Assembly: GCA_043813605.1 (NCBI GenBank)
Contig: JBDRKX010000056.1
Location: 1 to 39,319, forward strand
DNA from: Elusimicrobiota bacterium
Lineage (GTDB): Bacteria > CG03 > SLGR01 > JBDRKX01
Length of the DNA: 39,319 bases
Reading direction: 5' to 3'
The notes under the pieces are model-generated. The model searched no databases. It saw nothing but the letters and a program-made list of their open reading frames with translations, and was not told where the DNA came from. Positions 9,617 through 18,372 of the stretch are shown in pieces. Made by a program: the position numbers and the translations under genes. Position 1 is the stretch's first letter; every line of letters begins with the position of its first letter.

Positions 9617-9859
9617 ATGAGCCCGGAAGTAATAAAATTGAATCTGGAGTCGGAAATTTGTCCTTATACAATAATTAAATCAATAAAAAAATGCGAGGAG
9701 ATAAAAGAAGGGTTAGATTCGGGAGGACAGATATTAGAAGTAACAGTGGAACATTCGCCGGTGCAGGATAATTTTCCCGGGGAGTTCCAAAGGAGAGGAT
9801 ACCGGGTAGACTTCAATAAAATCGATAATGCAAAATGGGTGGTAACGATCAAGAAGTGA
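9617..9859 (+). CDS. TusA/SirA-like (YeeD/YedF-type) sulfur carrier
   Basis: 80 aa, N-terminal CPY motif, C-terminal WVVTIKK, directly after yeeE. SD AGGAG. Confidence 0.85.
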   Translation: MSPEVIKLNLESEICPYTIIKSIKKCEEIKEGLDSGGQILEVTVEHSPVQDNFPGEFQRRGYRVDFNKIDNAKWVVTIKK

Positions 9860-9965
9860 AAGATCTCCTAAACCTGACCTGAAAAATTTAATATCGCCTT
9901 TTTTGTACGCTGCCAAAAGGAGGATTCGGTTATATTCTTATTTATATGAATAACCCACACGTCAA

Positions 9966-11285
9966 ATGTCGTTAAAAGAAGTAAAATACGTCAAGATAGA
10001 TGAGCAGAAAGGAAGCCTGTACTCTGCCGGAAAGCAGAGTCTGTTAATACCGATTACTTTTGTGAAAGCGCTTGATTCCACTTTTGAGAAGCTGGTAGGA
10101 AGAGAAGGCGCTGAGATATTGATCTACAAGATAGGGGAGGCCCTGGGTAAAGGATATGCGCAAAGCCTGCGGGCCATATTGGAAGAGGAGGGGGCGGATG
10201 TAGGGCAGCAGGCCCTGATCACGATAAGCTGTAATGCGATTTTCATGGAAGCGGGGTGGGGCAGTGTGAAAATCAGGAATATAGATCTGGGTGAAAATAT
10301 ATTGGAACTGGCAATAGCTAACAGCCCTTCAAGTGTATATCTGGAAAATGGGAGTTATGGTTTAGAGAAAGGTGTGCTGGTAGGCGTTTTTCGGGAAATA
10401 ACAAGTGAAGAAGTTTACTGCCGGCTGCTGGAAGAAGACATAGAGACACACACAGTTGTTCTCCAGACCGTAAAAGATATTCCGGAAGAGATCAGGGAGA
10501 AGGAAAAAATAGTCCTGATAAGCCGGAGAGAGCTGCAGGATAAGAACAACGAGTTAAAAGCGGCTTATGACGAACTGACAGTTATGCAGGATCAGCTGAT
10601 CCAATCCGAAAAGATGGCCAGTATCGGTACAATAGCTGCAGGGGTGGCGCATGAGATAAATAACCCGCTCGGAGCGGTACTCACCAATACACAAATGCTT
10701 TTAATGAAGATAACTGATGATAAAAGCGTTGAGTATCTTAATTTTATTGAAAACGCGACCAGGCGGTGTAAGAAGATCGTCGCTGCGTTGCTTGATTATA
10801 CCAGGAAGTCGTCTCCGGCCAACTGGGTAGAGCTGGATCTGAGTGAAGTTATCGATAGCGCATTGAGATTAATTCAAAAAGAGTTTGAAGACAGCAGTAT
10901 AAAAATAGAAAAAGATTATGGCGCGGAAATAAATATTAAAGGCGATGCCGTGGAGTTGAGCCAAATTTTCACTAATTTACTGTCAAACGCAAAAAATGCT
11001 ATAATAAAATCAGAAAATAGACCTGGCATGATAAATATTAAAACATATAATGAAAACGATAAAACGATCATTACAATTACAGATAACGGCTGCGGGATAC
11101 CTGAGGAAAACAAAAGAAGAATATTCGATCCGTTTTTTACCAGTGAAGACGTGGGAAAAGGGACAGGGCTGGGTCTTTCTATAACTCAGAAAATGATAGA
11201 AAAATATGAAGGCAGTATAGAGTTTTCTTCAAAATCAGGAGAAGGGACCACTTTTATAGTGAGATTTCCCAAGACCGCAGGATGA
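9966..11285 (+). CDS. Soluble sensor histidine kinase with an N-terminal V4R/XylR-N-like domain
   Basis: H-box [11 protein letters not shown]-box NLLSNA, DNGCGI, IFDPFFT, GTGLGLS. N-terminal IYKIGEALG...AGWG...NSP...GVLVGVF pattern. Confidence 0.85.
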   Translation: MSLKEVKYVKIDEQKGSLYSAGKQSLLIPITFVKALDSTFEKLVGREGAEILIYKIGEALGKGYAQSLRAILEEEGADVGQQALITISCNAIFMEAGWGSVKIRNIDLGENILELAIANSPSSVYLENGSYGLEKGVLVGVFREITSEEVYCRLLEEDIETHTVVLQTVKDIPEEIREKEKIVLISRRELQDKNNELKAAYDELTVMQDQLIQSEKMASIGTIAAGVAHEINNPLGAVLTNTQMLLMKITDDKSVEYLNFIENATRRCKKIVAALLDYTRKSSPANWVELDLSEVIDSALRLIQKEFEDSSIKIEKDYGAEINIKGDAVELSQIFTNLLSNAKNAIIKSENRPGMINIKTYNENDKTIITITDNGCGIPEENKRRIFDPFFTSEDVGKGTGLGLSITQKMIEKYEGSIEFSSKSGEGTTFIVRFPKTAG

Positions 11286-11330
11286 TATTAATGCTGAAAA
11301 AATCAATGTATTAACAAGAGGGAGGATTAG

Positions 11331-11870
11331 ATGCAAAGCGGAGATGAACAAATAAAAAAACCCATAGCTATTAATGAATGTGTCCTTGTAGTAGAAGACG
11401 ATAATGACCTGCGCCCGACTTTTAAGAACGTTTTAGAAGGTCAAGGGTTTAAGGTAACGGCTACCGCTTCCGGCAATGATGCCCTCAGCATACTTAAAGA
11501 AAAATATCATGACCTTATAGTACTGGATGTCCGGATGCCCGGTATAAATGGGATCGAGTTATTAAAGCGAATAAGAGAAATACAGATCAACGATAAGAGT
11601 CATGTCATTTTTGTCACCGGTTATGCAAGTGAAGACGTTCCCGTCGAAGCTCTAAAACTGGGCGCCGATGACTATATTAAAAAACCTTTTGAATTACCGG
11701 AGTTTATACGTAGCGTAAATAGTGTGACAAAACTGATCCGTGAAGAAAAAGACAAAAAATATTTTTTTAAGAAAATGGTTGAAAGAAGCCAGAAACTGAA
11801 AGAAAATGAAATTGAGATCAGTAATTTAAAAAAACGGATTGCTGAACTTGAAGGAAAAATTGGCGAATAA
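11331..11870 (+). CDS. Response regulator (receiver domain + coiled-coil tail, no DNA-binding domain)
   Basis: VVEDD, LDVRMP, VTGY, KKPF; C-terminal heptad-like helix. Confidence 0.9.
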   Translation: MQSGDEQIKKPIAINECVLVVEDDNDLRPTFKNVLEGQGFKVTATASGNDALSILKEKYHDLIVLDVRMPGINGIELLKRIREIQINDKSHVIFVTGYASEDVPVEALKLGADDYIKKPFELPEFIRSVNSVTKLIREEKDKKYFFKKMVERSQKLKENEIEISNLKKRIAELEGKIGE

Positions 11871-11879
11871 GGCAAAATA

Positions 11880-12066
11880 CTTACTGAACGAACTGTAACG
11901 ACCGATCCTTCTTGCTATCTCTGCAGGCTTCAGGTCTTCCGGCTCATATACCGCTATCATATCCCGTTCCTGTTTGGTCATATGATTGTGTTCCTTTCCC
12001 ATAACATTCCGGTCTCCTTTCTCTTTCCATTCCAACCAGAATGTTACACTTTGTCATTGAACCCGC
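11880..12066 (-). mobile_element. IS30-family remnant (left IR plus truncated HTH)
   Basis: Minus-strand GCGGGTTCAATGACAAAGTGTAACA resembles IS30-family termini. SD AAGGAG, ATG 12002, then HMTKQERDMI...AEIARRIGR, then truncation. Confidence 0.75.
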
Positions 12067-12069
12067 GCG

Positions 12070-12178
12070 TCTGAAAGTACGGAATTGGGGCTTTCAATCT
12101 GCCATGGAAGTCACTTCTAAAGTGCAAAAAAAGAACTATTTTGAAATAGCGCTGCCTGTTAAACATCGAAGCGAATAA
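12070..12178 (+). pseudogene. Degenerate C-terminal end of a histidine kinase ATPase domain
   Basis: ESTELGLSICHG (G2-box-like), then in another frame EVTSKVQKKNYFEIALPVKHRSE*. Confidence 0.6.
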
Positions 12179-12236
12179 CATTTATAATGAAAAGTTCCTG
12201 ATTTTACAGTATATATCCATATATATTTCCCCAAAG

Positions 12237-12265
12237 TTGAATTGAGGATATAAGTTTAATATAAT
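12237..12265 (+). promoter_or_regulatory. sigma70-type promoter of the radical SAM pair
   Basis: TTGAAT, 17 bp spacer, TATAAT. Confidence 0.6.
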
Positions 12266-12323
12266 AAATTCGGAACTAGTGTATACATATGGGTAATCAA
12301 AAAAATCTACTTATTAAAATCAC

Positions 12324-13628
12324 ATGGATTTAAAATCAAAAATACTGGCGTTCAAGAGATTCTCATTTAGAGCGTATGGTGAAAGCCTCAGACTGATCAG
12401 GGCAGGCGAATTATTCTATGTCATATTTCTGTTTGCCGGGATTTTTGCTGAAAGCTGTATAAAGGTACTATTATTACCGAAACAGAAGTGGAGCAAAAGA
12501 AAAATATTCAGAGAGCATTTATTTCTTAGCTGTATGAGAAATTATGATTATCTGAGAGTCTCACTGAGAGGCAGTCTGAGGATTTGTACGACATACAGAT
12601 GTAATGCATCATGTGAAAACTGTTATGCTCGTGGATTGGCTGAGGGAAAATCGGAAGATATGTCGGTAGAAGATTTTTTAAGAACAGTAACATGGGCAAA
12701 GAAGAATAGTTTCCACACTATCCGTTTTTTAGGCGGCGAGCCTACAATCCATCCTGAAATTGTGAAAATGCTGGATATTTGTTACAAAAATAAGATGTTT
12801 GTAAGCTTTGCTACAAATAACCTTTTTTCCGAAGATGTACTTGATAAAATGGATAGTTTCTGGAATACCGGAGTTTCAATAAATTACAACTGCAGAGAAA
12901 CACTTTCTGAAGAGAAGATGCGGTTGTTTGATAGCAACATAAAAAAACTTAAAGACAGGCGTATACCTTTCTGTTTTACTTATACTTTTAGCGATCGGGA
13001 AGAAGACTGGACAAAGTTTTTCAGTGACATAAAACAATATAGACCTGGTTTTGTGAGGACCAGTCTGGTATTGCCGGATTTTGATTCAAAAGAAACCGGT
13101 TTCGGTCTGCTTGAGTATAAAAAATTACTGTATAACAAGTTATACCGCTTGCAGGATGAGCTGATAGAAGCCGGGATACCATTCTTTAATTTCCGTCCTG
13201 TACCTTCATGTTTATTGTCAGATGAGCATTGGAAAGAAATAGAGAGTATTTTCCCAATGCTGTTATATACAAGATGTATGATAGGTTATAAGGGTGATTT
13301 CGGGCTGATGCTTATAGTTAATCCCGATATGTCCACATTCGCCTGTTCGTCGGTATTCGTACAGGGTAAAAATATGTACGATTTTAAAGACAGAGAAGAT
13401 GTAAATGACTATTTCAGAGAAGCACTTCAGCTTTTATATAGTACACCTGCGATGAAGCAGTGCGAGAGTTGTTCGGACAATGCCAATCTTGTCAGGAGCG
13501 TAAATGAAGAGGAGCTGATAAATGACAGTTATAAATATTTTCTTGATCAGGTATGCCAGTGCGGATGCCTGAATTTTAAATGGCATACAATGAACCGGAT
13601 TATAAAGGAAAAGGAGAATGTCTGTTGA
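12324..13628 (+). CDS. Radical SAM protein with SPASM-like C-terminus
   Basis: CNASCENC, LGGEPTIHP, VNPDMSTFAC, CESC, CQCGC. Confidence 0.9.
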   Translation: MDLKSKILAFKRFSFRAYGESLRLIRAGELFYVIFLFAGIFAESCIKVLLLPKQKWSKRKIFREHLFLSCMRNYDYLRVSLRGSLRICTTYRCNASCENCYARGLAEGKSEDMSVEDFLRTVTWAKKNSFHTIRFLGGEPTIHPEIVKMLDICYKNKMFVSFATNNLFSEDVLDKMDSFWNTGVSINYNCRETLSEEKMRLFDSNIKKLKDRRIPFCFTYTFSDREEDWTKFFSDIKQYRPGFVRTSLVLPDFDSKETGFGLLEYKKLLYNKLYRLQDELIEAGIPFFNFRPVPSCLLSDEHWKEIESIFPMLLYTRCMIGYKGDFGLMLIVNPDMSTFACSSVFVQGKNMYDFKDREDVNDYFREALQLLYSTPAMKQCESCSDNANLVRSVNEEELINDSYKYFLDQVCQCGCLNFKWHTMNRIIKEKENVC

Positions 13629-14869
13629 TAAAAATATATAAGGAAGAATATGACAGGATAAAAGAATTACTCAATTCGCCTAAGTATAGAGGCCGGTCTC
13701 TTCCCTGGCTCGTCATAATAATCATAACCAGAGTCCTGAAACCCTTTTGGCCATTTTCAAGACCATTGAGAATCTTGCATTTTAAATACAGGCAGAAACT
13801 GCTTCTGGACCGGAGTATTCAGGTGAATAAAAGCAGTAAGACCCAGGAAAACGTTCTTAGAGTGTGTATAACTTATCAGTGTAATACAAACTGTTTTTTC
13901 TGTTATGCGTACTGTCCCAGGCAGGAATTCAAGGAGCATATGACGGTGGAAGATTTTGAGTTCATTATCGGATGGGCGAAATCCAATGGGTATAACAGTT
14001 TCAGGCTCCTTGGCGGTGAGGCGACCATTCATCCTGAGCTCAAAGCTATAATGAATATTGTCAGAAAGAACGGCTTGAGAGTTTCTCTTTCGTCAAACGG
14101 ACTATTCAGTGAGGGAGTCAGTTCGCTTCTAAGTACGGATGTGATAGAATCAGTGAATTTCAGTTATCCTCAAAGCGATACAACAATAGAAAAAAAATAT
14201 ATTTTCATCAAGAATTTAAAAGAGACAATAAATAAGGGTATACCTGTCCTGATATCGTGGATAATGGATTTTAATGAAGATAACTGGAAAGAGGTCGTAG
14301 ATTTTGCAGTAGAATACAGGGGGCGTGTAGCTTTGCGGTTCAGTATGGTACTCCCGGGAAACAAAAAGGATGTAACTTCGGAAGAACTCCATTTAAACCT
14401 AAGAAAGATCGCAAAGCAGACTCTGGATATTGCAGAATATACATCAAAAAACTATATAGTGTTCTTTTTTTACAGACCTCTGCTTTTATGTATGTTTAAG
14501 AAAGATGAGCTTGATTACCTTAATTCGATCAGCCCGTTCATCTTTGATACGCAGTGTACATGTTCCAGCCTGGGTGAAAGATATTCAAATATGCTGACTG
14601 TAAATCCTGACCTGACTTGTTATCCCTGTCCTGTAGTGCATATCAAAGGGATTAAGATAGGGCCTGGTACTTCACGCAAAGATATTAATGATTGCTTTTT
14701 AAAACCGGTAACGCATTTATGCAAAGAACCGATGATGGATTCATGCAAAATGTGTGAGTATTTCAGTAATTACAGTACGCAGGAAGATGGTGATTATTAC
14801 GATCTTTCAGATAGTAATGTCTGCCAGGGCGGTTGTCTTTTATATAGAACCCCCAAATCTGAATCATAG
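13625..14869 (+). CDS. Radical SAM protein with SPASM-like C-terminus (paralog of the upstream gene)
   Basis: CNTNCFFC, LGGEATIHP, VNPDLTCYPC, CKMC, CQGGC. TTG start 8 nt after AAGGAG, overlapping the upstream TGA. Confidence 0.9.
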   Translation: MIKIYKEEYDRIKELLNSPKYRGRSLPWLVIIIITRVLKPFWPFSRPLRILHFKYRQKLLLDRSIQVNKSSKTQENVLRVCITYQCNTNCFFCYAYCPRQEFKEHMTVEDFEFIIGWAKSNGYNSFRLLGGEATIHPELKAIMNIVRKNGLRVSLSSNGLFSEGVSSLLSTDVIESVNFSYPQSDTTIEKKYIFIKNLKETINKGIPVLISWIMDFNEDNWKEVVDFAVEYRGRVALRFSMVLPGNKKDVTSEELHLNLRKIAKQTLDIAEYTSKNYIVFFFYRPLLLCMFKKDELDYLNSISPFIFDTQCTCSSLGERYSNMLTVNPDLTCYPCPVVHIKGIKIGPGTSRKDINDCFLKPVTHLCKEPMMDSCKMCEYFSNYSTQEDGDYYDLSDSNVCQGGCLLYRTPKSES

Positions 14870-15018
14870 AAACTCCTTCAAAACAATATCAGCCTGATTA
14901 AAAATGAAATATGGCACAAGCGGCTATTCTAATCAGGCTGTAGATATATATTAAAACCGATATAGAGATCATAATTTCTATTGAATACACGGTAATTCGG
15001 TCAAAATGCATATTGCCC

Positions 15019-15050
15019 TTGACAAATATAATGATAATGATTATCATTAT
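15019..15050 (+). promoter_or_regulatory. fur promoter overlapped by a perfect Fur box
   Basis: TTGACA (15019), 17 bp spacer, TATCAT (15042). 11-1-11 palindrome ATAATGATAAT-G-ATTATCATTAT (15028-15050) contains the 7-1-7 consensus TGATAATnATTATCA. Confidence 0.9.
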
Positions 15051-15067
15051 TATAAAGGAAGTATAAA

Positions 15068-15505
15068 ATGAATAAAAGAAGACATGGCAGGCCTTTTAGA
15101 TGCGTAGGGAGATGGACAGTACCCAGGCAGGCTGTAATAGATGCTTTTATAAAAAACAGGGGGCATCTAGCGGCAGAAGAAGTTTTTATGTATATAAAGA
15201 AAACATATCCCGGTATAGGTATAGCTACCGTCTACAGAAACCTGGAGTTTCTAAGGGAAAAAGGCCTGATAAATCGTTTTCAGTTCAATACGGATAAAGC
15301 GTACTATGAATTGAATGATGATGAAAGAGAACATCACCATCATCTTATCTGTACATCGTGCGGAAAGGTATTGGATTATTCTGAATTCATAGAAAGGGAA
15401 TTAGATCTTATGAATGATCTGGAGAAAGAATTATCGGCAAAACATAATTTCCAGATCAGTTCGCATCAGCTGCATTTTTACGGGATCTGCAGTAAATGCC
15501 GGTAA
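15068..15505 (+). CDS. fur: Fur-family transcriptional repressor
   Basis: TVPRQAV, HLAAEEV, ATVYRNL, HHHHLICTSCG, GICSKC. Confidence 0.92.
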   Translation: MNKRRHGRPFRCVGRWTVPRQAVIDAFIKNRGHLAAEEVFMYIKKTYPGIGIATVYRNLEFLREKGLINRFQFNTDKAYYELNDDEREHHHHLICTSCGKVLDYSEFIERELDLMNDLEKELSAKHNFQISSHQLHFYGICSKCR

Positions 15506-15524
15506 AATTTTTTTAGATTATATA

Positions 15525-15543
15525 TGATAATGAGTCTCATTAT
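15525..15543. promoter_or_regulatory. Second Fur-type operator
   Basis: TGATAATGAGTCTCATTAT contains the 8-1-8 palindrome ATAATGAG-T-CTCATTAT. Confidence 0.7.
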
Positions 15544-15575
15544 TAATGGTAAGTGTAACAAAGGAGGTGATTAAA

Positions 15576-15953
15576 ATGCCAGGATTTGATGGAACAGGGC
15601 CTGTGGGAATAGGGCCCATGACAGGAAGAGCGGCAGGTTATTGTACAGGTGAAGAAGGTAAAAATTCGGGTCCATACGGATTAGTACGAGGATTTTTCGG
15701 CCGCGGGATGCGTATGGGCAGTTTCGGCGGATGCGGCCGGCGAAACTGGTATTACGCAACAGGAAGGCCCGGTTGGTGCAGGGCAGCCCTTGGTATGCCT
15801 GCATGGGGTGGTGCGCCCTATAGCGGGCCGGCAGAGATGGCTCCCGGGCAGGAAGCCGGGGCTCTTAAAAAAGAGAGTGATTATCTTAAAAAGGAATTGG
15901 AGGCAATCCAGGAGCGTATAAAGACACTGGAAAAAGGGTCAGCAGTGAAGTAG
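15576..15953 (+). CDS. DUF5320-family Gly/Arg-rich protein
   Basis: MPGFDGTGPVGIGPMTGRAAGYC, RNWYYATGRPGW, C-terminal coiled coil. SD AAGGAGGTGA supports the start at 15576. Confidence 0.85.
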   Translation: MPGFDGTGPVGIGPMTGRAAGYCTGEEGKNSGPYGLVRGFFGRGMRMGSFGGCGRRNWYYATGRPGWCRAALGMPAWGGAPYSGPAEMAPGQEAGALKKESDYLKKELEAIQERIKTLEKGSAVK

Positions 15954-16035
15954 GAATATAAAGGATAAACTGCCGGGGGGCATCAACCGAAAAATGCTTC
16001 CTGGCAGTAACTTTGTGAATAATAAAGGATAAGAA

Positions 16036-16485
16036 ATGATAATATGCATAACTTCAACAGGCAATGATCTGGAAGCACAGCTTGATTTCAGATTCGGAAG
16101 ATGCCGGTATTTTATCTTTCTGGATAATAATACTGGTAAGTTCGATGCAGTGGAAAACCCGGCTGTAAATGCTATGCATGGAGCAGGCATACAGTCTTCT
16201 CAATTAGTCTTAGAGAGGAAACCGGATGCCGTAATAACTGGGAACATCGGCCCTAATGCGAGCAGTATACTTGCAACTGCAGGTATAAATGTATTTGGCG
16301 GCTTATCCGGCACAGTTAAAGAAGCGGCAAGTGATTATATTACAGGAAAATTGGAGCAGTTGACGGCTCCTACTGTTCCGGGGCATTTCGGTACTTCTCA
16401 ATCTGACCCGCAGGGAGATACATCGCAGAGTAGAACAGGCGGCAGGGGCCACGGACAGGGCGGAGGCAGGGGCAGAAATCAATGA
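16036..16485 (+). CDS. NifB/NifX-family cluster-binding protein with Gly/Arg tail
   Basis: RFGRCRYF, ENPA, GAGI, ITGNIGPNA. Confidence 0.9.
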   Translation: MIICITSTGNDLEAQLDFRFGRCRYFIFLDNNTGKFDAVENPAVNAMHGAGIQSSQLVLERKPDAVITGNIGPNASSILATAGINVFGGLSGTVKEAASDYITGKLEQLTAPTVPGHFGTSQSDPQGDTSQSRTGGRGHGQGGGRGRNQ

Positions 16486-17348
16486 AAACATACCTGGATT
16501 GTTTTCCCTGTTTTCTGAAACAGGGACTGGAATGCGCGAGGATTTCCACGGATGATCCGGAAATACACAAAAAAGTGCTCAACAATATCATGGAGATACT
16601 CATATCCATTGATTATACCAGAACTCCACCTAATATAGCGCGGCGGGTCTACAGAGAGATTAAAAAAGCTACCGCTAACAGTGATCCGTATCGTGATATC
16701 CGTGCCCGGGACAATGAACAGATGCTGGCGCTTTATAACAGCATAAGTTCCCGGATATTCAATGATGATGATGCACTCTACCTGGCATGCAGGCTGGCAG
16801 CCGGTATAAATATAATAGACAGCGGCGCGGGTAAAAGAAAAGAGCATCATACACAACAGGATATAGAAGCGATACTGGATATCGACCCGGTAATAGACAG
16901 TTTTCAGGAATTGAAGAACGATCTGCAGCAGGCGTCTATACTGCTGTATATCGGAGATAATTCAGGTGAAATAGTCATGGATAAGCTCCTGATAACAGTA
17001 ATAAAAAAAGAATTCCCTGATCTCGTCATATACTTCGGTGTCAGAGGAGAACCTGTAATAAATGACATAATAGAAGCGGATGCAATAGAAGTGGGTATCG
17101 ACGAATACTGTGAAGTTATTTCGAACGGGGATTCTGCGCCAGGAACGGAACTCGCGTACTGTTCAGCTGAATTTAAGAGAATATTTGAAAAAGCCGATTT
17201 AATTATTTCAAAGGGACAGGGTAATTATGAGACTTTAAGCGGTACAGAAAATAAAAAAATATACTACATGCTTGTCGCCAAATGCCCGGTTATTGCAAGG
17301 CATATCGGAGTTGATGTCGGCGGTATGATGATAAAAAGGGACGGATAG
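16482..17348 (+). CDS. DUF89/ARMT1-like metal-dependent phosphatase
   Basis: CFPC, DNSGE, PVIND, SKGQGNYETL, AKCPV. Confidence 0.88.
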   Translation: MKTYLDCFPCFLKQGLECARISTDDPEIHKKVLNNIMEILISIDYTRTPPNIARRVYREIKKATANSDPYRDIRARDNEQMLALYNSISSRIFNDDDALYLACRLAAGINIIDSGAGKRKEHHTQQDIEAILDIDPVIDSFQELKNDLQQASILLYIGDNSGEIVMDKLLITVIKKEFPDLVIYFGVRGEPVINDIIEADAIEVGIDEYCEVISNGDSAPGTELAYCSAEFKRIFEKADLIISKGQGNYETLSGTENKKIYYMLVAKCPVIARHIGVDVGGMMIKRDG

Positions 17349-17411
17349 CCTTAAAATCGACTGTGTAAAAAAGCTTTATGCGTTGCTGTGATATAAAGGG
17401 AGGTGTTTTAT

Positions 17412-17642
17412 ATGCCTATATATGAATTTAAGTGCAATAGATGCAGCAAAAAATTCGAGTTCCTGGTTATGGCCGGGAAAGAAGAAAAAATCGCATGTCC
17501 GGAATGTAACAGTGAAGATATAAAAAAACTTATCACAGTGTTCAGGCGGCCGAAAAATTCCAGGGCGCCGGTATCTGCGGAAGGTACATGCTGCGGATCA
17601 TCGGACCCGTGTGATAATCCTAAGAAGTGCTGTGAATTATGA
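17412..17642 (+). CDS. FmdB-family zinc ribbon protein with Cys-rich tail
   Basis: MPIYEFKCNRC...CPEC; tail CC...C...CC. SD GGAGGT. Confidence 0.88.
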   Translation: MPIYEFKCNRCSKKFEFLVMAGKEEKIACPECNSEDIKKLITVFRRPKNSRAPVSAEGTCCGSSDPCDNPKKCCEL

Positions 17643-18358
17643 AGATCACTGTTCTGTATGACAACAGACAGTTTGCAGACAAATGGGAAACCGGATGGGG
17701 ATTTGCTTGCCTTGTAGAGACTGAAGAAGATAAACTCCTTCTGTTCGATACGGGAGACGACGGAGATAAACTGCTGAATAATATAGAGAAATCCGGCGTG
17801 GATTCAAATGACATTGATGCACTTACATTTTCACACGCTGATTGGGATCATGCTGACGGAGCGGAAGCATTCCTGAAAAAGAATAAATCAGTTGAAGTAT
17901 TCATCCCGGATAAATTTCCCGGGAAGTTTATCAATATGGTTAAACAATACGGGAACAAATACAGGGTAACAGGCTATGAAAGAACCGAACTTATCTTAGG
18001 GGTATTTACGACGCCGGTATATAAGCGCGGTTTCAGTCCCAGGGAACAGGGGCTGGTGCTGGCCGGTAAGAAAGACCTCGCGCTGATAACCGGATGCGCG
18101 CATCCCGGCATCCTTTATATGGTAAAAGAGGTAAAAAAACTGTTCCGAAAAAACGTGGGAATGATACTTGGCGGCTTTCATCTCATGGGACTATCACGGC
18201 CGGCTTTAACAGATTTGATCAGCAAACTGAAACAAGAAGGAGTAAGAGTATTTGCGCCGTGTCATTGTACGGGTGATAAACAGATAGCTGCATTTCAAGA
18301 AGAATGCGGTGAAGATTATATTGAAGTAGGAGCAGGCAGAAGAATAGAGTATTGTTAA
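17639..18358 (+). CDS. MBL-fold metallo-hydrolase (COG1237-like)
   Basis: ITVLYDN, LFDTG, SHADWDH, ITGCAHPG, GGFHL, PCHCTG. Confidence 0.88.
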   Translation: MKITVLYDNRQFADKWETGWGFACLVETEEDKLLLFDTGDDGDKLLNNIEKSGVDSNDIDALTFSHADWDHADGAEAFLKKNKSVEVFIPDKFPGKFINMVKQYGNKYRVTGYERTELILGVFTTPVYKRGFSPREQGLVLAGKKDLALITGCAHPGILYMVKEVKKLFRKNVGMILGGFHLMGLSRPALTDLISKLKQEGVRVFAPCHCTGDKQIAAFQEECGEDYIEVGAGRRIEYC

Positions 18359-18372
18359 GAAAAGGAGGGCTA

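Noticed and set aside
8558..9859. Selenocysteine read-through in the YeeE/TusA module or elsewhere
   Set aside because: Catalytic positions are ordinary Cys codons, and TGA stops fall at the expected protein ends.
14912..14927. sigma54 promoter (TGGCAC)
   Set aside because: The -12 TTGC element is missing at the required spacing.
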